Shown here one piece after another: positions 62,062-64,000 of a stretch of DNA of 64,000 nt (position 1 is its first letter; the number at the start of each line of letters is the position of its first letter). The translations under genes were made by a program, and so were the position numbers. The notes under the pieces were generated by a model. It did no database searches. It was not told where the DNA came from and saw only the letters and a program-made list of their open reading frames with translations. Source of the stretch: Moniliella sp. 'wahieum' (Eukaryota); NCBI GenBank assembly GCA_003971905.1, contig RSEE01000065.1:248001-312000 (forward strand). The letters run 5' to 3'.

Positions 62062-63128
62062 GTTCCACTTTTTTCCTTCTGTGAACAGCACTTCCTTTTA
62101 CTTTCGTGTGGATAACCTTGTTCATCATTTTCGCTCCACTTTCTTCAATTACATCATGGAATAGATCCCTTTTTATACACACAGCTTTACATTGTTGGGG
62201 ATGCTACAGTGTTTTGCGTTATAGGGGTATGTTGAGTATCGAGTTCATGTATAGACACAACTGTCATGCATATCCACCAAAATAATCAATATGCAACGTC
62301 GAGGCAAGGCGTAATCGACAAGGCGCCACTCTTTCATTACTAGACACTTCCCTCTCAACGACAAGGTGTAGTGGCACGATAATGCTTGAAGAGTTGCGGC
62401 AGATGCTCAAAAGAGGTACTGATAGCCAATATCTATACAGAGGACATCTGAAGGACTTTAATAATGAAGTCCCCCTTCCTCTCAGCGTGCTGATTTTGGT
62501 CGTTTGCTTGTCAAATGGGGGACTCCCTTGATTCCCCCCTGATGGAGAAGATAGAGTCATTCAAACTGAGGGGTAGTGTATATGCCCTTTATAATCACAC
62601 ACTTAGCAATGGAGTGTAGAATGATACTCTCTTTCGTCCTCATCCTCTTTCGATTGCTGGACTCTGGCCCATGTCCTCATCCCCTTAATATTAGGCGAAC
62701 TTTTACTAGAAGTGAGACTCTCTACTGTTTTTTATGAACCCTCCCACAGTACTCATCTCCAGAACACACATTTCCTTCTGTAGCATTACTTTTCCCTCAC
62801 GTCTGTGAGGAATGTGATATGAAGTAAGGGAAGTAGATGGATTGGATACATCTATGGACGGAATGACGGTCCAAGTTGCGTAACAGTTGTGGAATTCGAC
62901 TGCTTCGAGCTGCCCCAAAGAACAAAAGCCATGCGCATGCATCATGCGGCCGCCTGTTCCAAAAACTGAAATTGAGAAATTTAAATGACATCGCGGAGGC
63001 GTTGCACCGATTCTTTTTTGCATCTGGCTGCAGGCCTGAGGTCTCCCCAGGCCCCAGCCCCACCCCGTCCTCCTGGGCCCCTTTCTTTTATCCATCCAAC
63101 TCCTTTCAGGTTCAGCTTCCCTGACCGC

Positions 63129-64000
63129 ATGGTAAATCAGGAAAACGTTCCGCCTCTCCATCTGTCTCCCAGGAGAAGAGCAAGCGTACTCGTATCGAGG
63201 CTACTCGGGGCTCCGACGCAGAGTACTCCGATACGAGGACATCCAGGGTCAAGTTCCTCTTGACCGCTTGGAGCGCAATGTGGTACGCACACCCTCCCCC
63301 ATGCCTACATTTCCTCCTTCGCGTTTGGTAGGCTGACAGCAGGATGAGAACGTTATGGTGCGCCGCGTGCGCTCGGATCTAAAAGCAGCCCGAAAGGGCG
63401 AAGTGTTACGTGCGATCAAGCGGCTCCAGGCAGCCAAGGAATCGGCCTCGACCGCCGGAGGGAAGGATATTGCCCTCCTTACCAAAGAACTGGATGCGAC
63501 GAAGCACATACCACTTGACCTCTTGGCTCAGAGAGTGGTGGGAAGGAAACTGATTCGCGCTCGTTTGCTGCCGAAGCTCAAGCACATTCAAAGTCAAGGG
63601 GGAGATTACCCCCTTGCGGGAACCACGTTGGTGACTGGCGGAGGACTGCGTGCATCCCTGGAGGAAGCAGGGGAAATGGAGGAGCGTGTATATGAGCGTA
63701 TCACATCTGCCAAAACAGGGCTGCGACTGCTACGATGGGCGTGGACAAGCTGAAAAGTCTCTTGAACAAGGGGACAGAGAGGGCACCCTCCCCTCCACCC
63801 CAGGAGAACAAGAACGAAGGCAATAAAGACAAGGGCAAGGGAAAGGAGAAGCCTGCGGCAGCAGAGGCAGAGTCGCCATCTGAATCGGAAGGGTCCGGGG
63901 ACGAGGAAATGGAGATACCTGAGTTTGGTACGGGAGGGATGCCCTCGTCGGATCCGGCTCTGAAGGGGAGGAAGAGGAGGATGCAGGCCCCCTCCCCGAG
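63129..64000 (+). CDS. BUD22/SRFBP1-like protein, N-terminal part (runs off the window; start uncertain)
   Basis: VRRVRSDLKAARKGEVLRAIKRL..LTKELDATKHIPLDLLAQRVVGRKL..VYERITSAK, followed by a K/E/S-rich disordered tract. This resembles the Bud22 N-terminal helical region. Intron at about 63283-63342. Confidence 0.6.

Overview
Fungal genomic DNA, probably basidiomycete (inference from short GT..AG introns with CTRAC-type branch points, intron-containing tRNAs and gene content). Almost every gene, including RPL12, is broken by single-base indels, which most likely reflects uncorrected long-read errors, so gene coordinates are approximate. Host genes recognised: an Lte1-like RasGEF, an expansin/RlpA-like secreted protein, UBR7/Mlo2, RPL12, a divergent ISWI remodeler, metacaspase, CENP-I/Mis6, IMP1, translin, an Fe(II)/2OG dioxygenase, a partial BUD22-like gene, several hypothetical genes, tRNA-Gly(GCC) and tRNA-Ser(CGA). 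Mobile DNA: (i) a Crypton-like tyrosine recombinase gene with apparently intact catalytic motifs (11.8-14.4 kb); (ii) a degenerate CMC/EnSpm-like transposase abutted by an opposite-strand, 5'-truncated CRE-clade (Cnl1/MoTeR-like) RLE retrotransposon (18-21.4 kb); (iii) one LTR family seen four times, including a clean 832-bp solo LTR with an ATTAC target-site duplication about 300 bp upstream of tRNA-Ser; (iv) a Ty3/gypsy remnant lacking RT/RNase H; (v) a 2.86-kb head-to-tail duplication whose junctions fall in a 28-bp hairpin-containing direct repeat. The 47-60.8 kb interval has no recognisable host protein gene. No new system is proven. The best leads are the tyrosine-recombinase element and the tandem unit/gene-poor block. 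All protein assignments come from motif recognition by eye, not from database searches.
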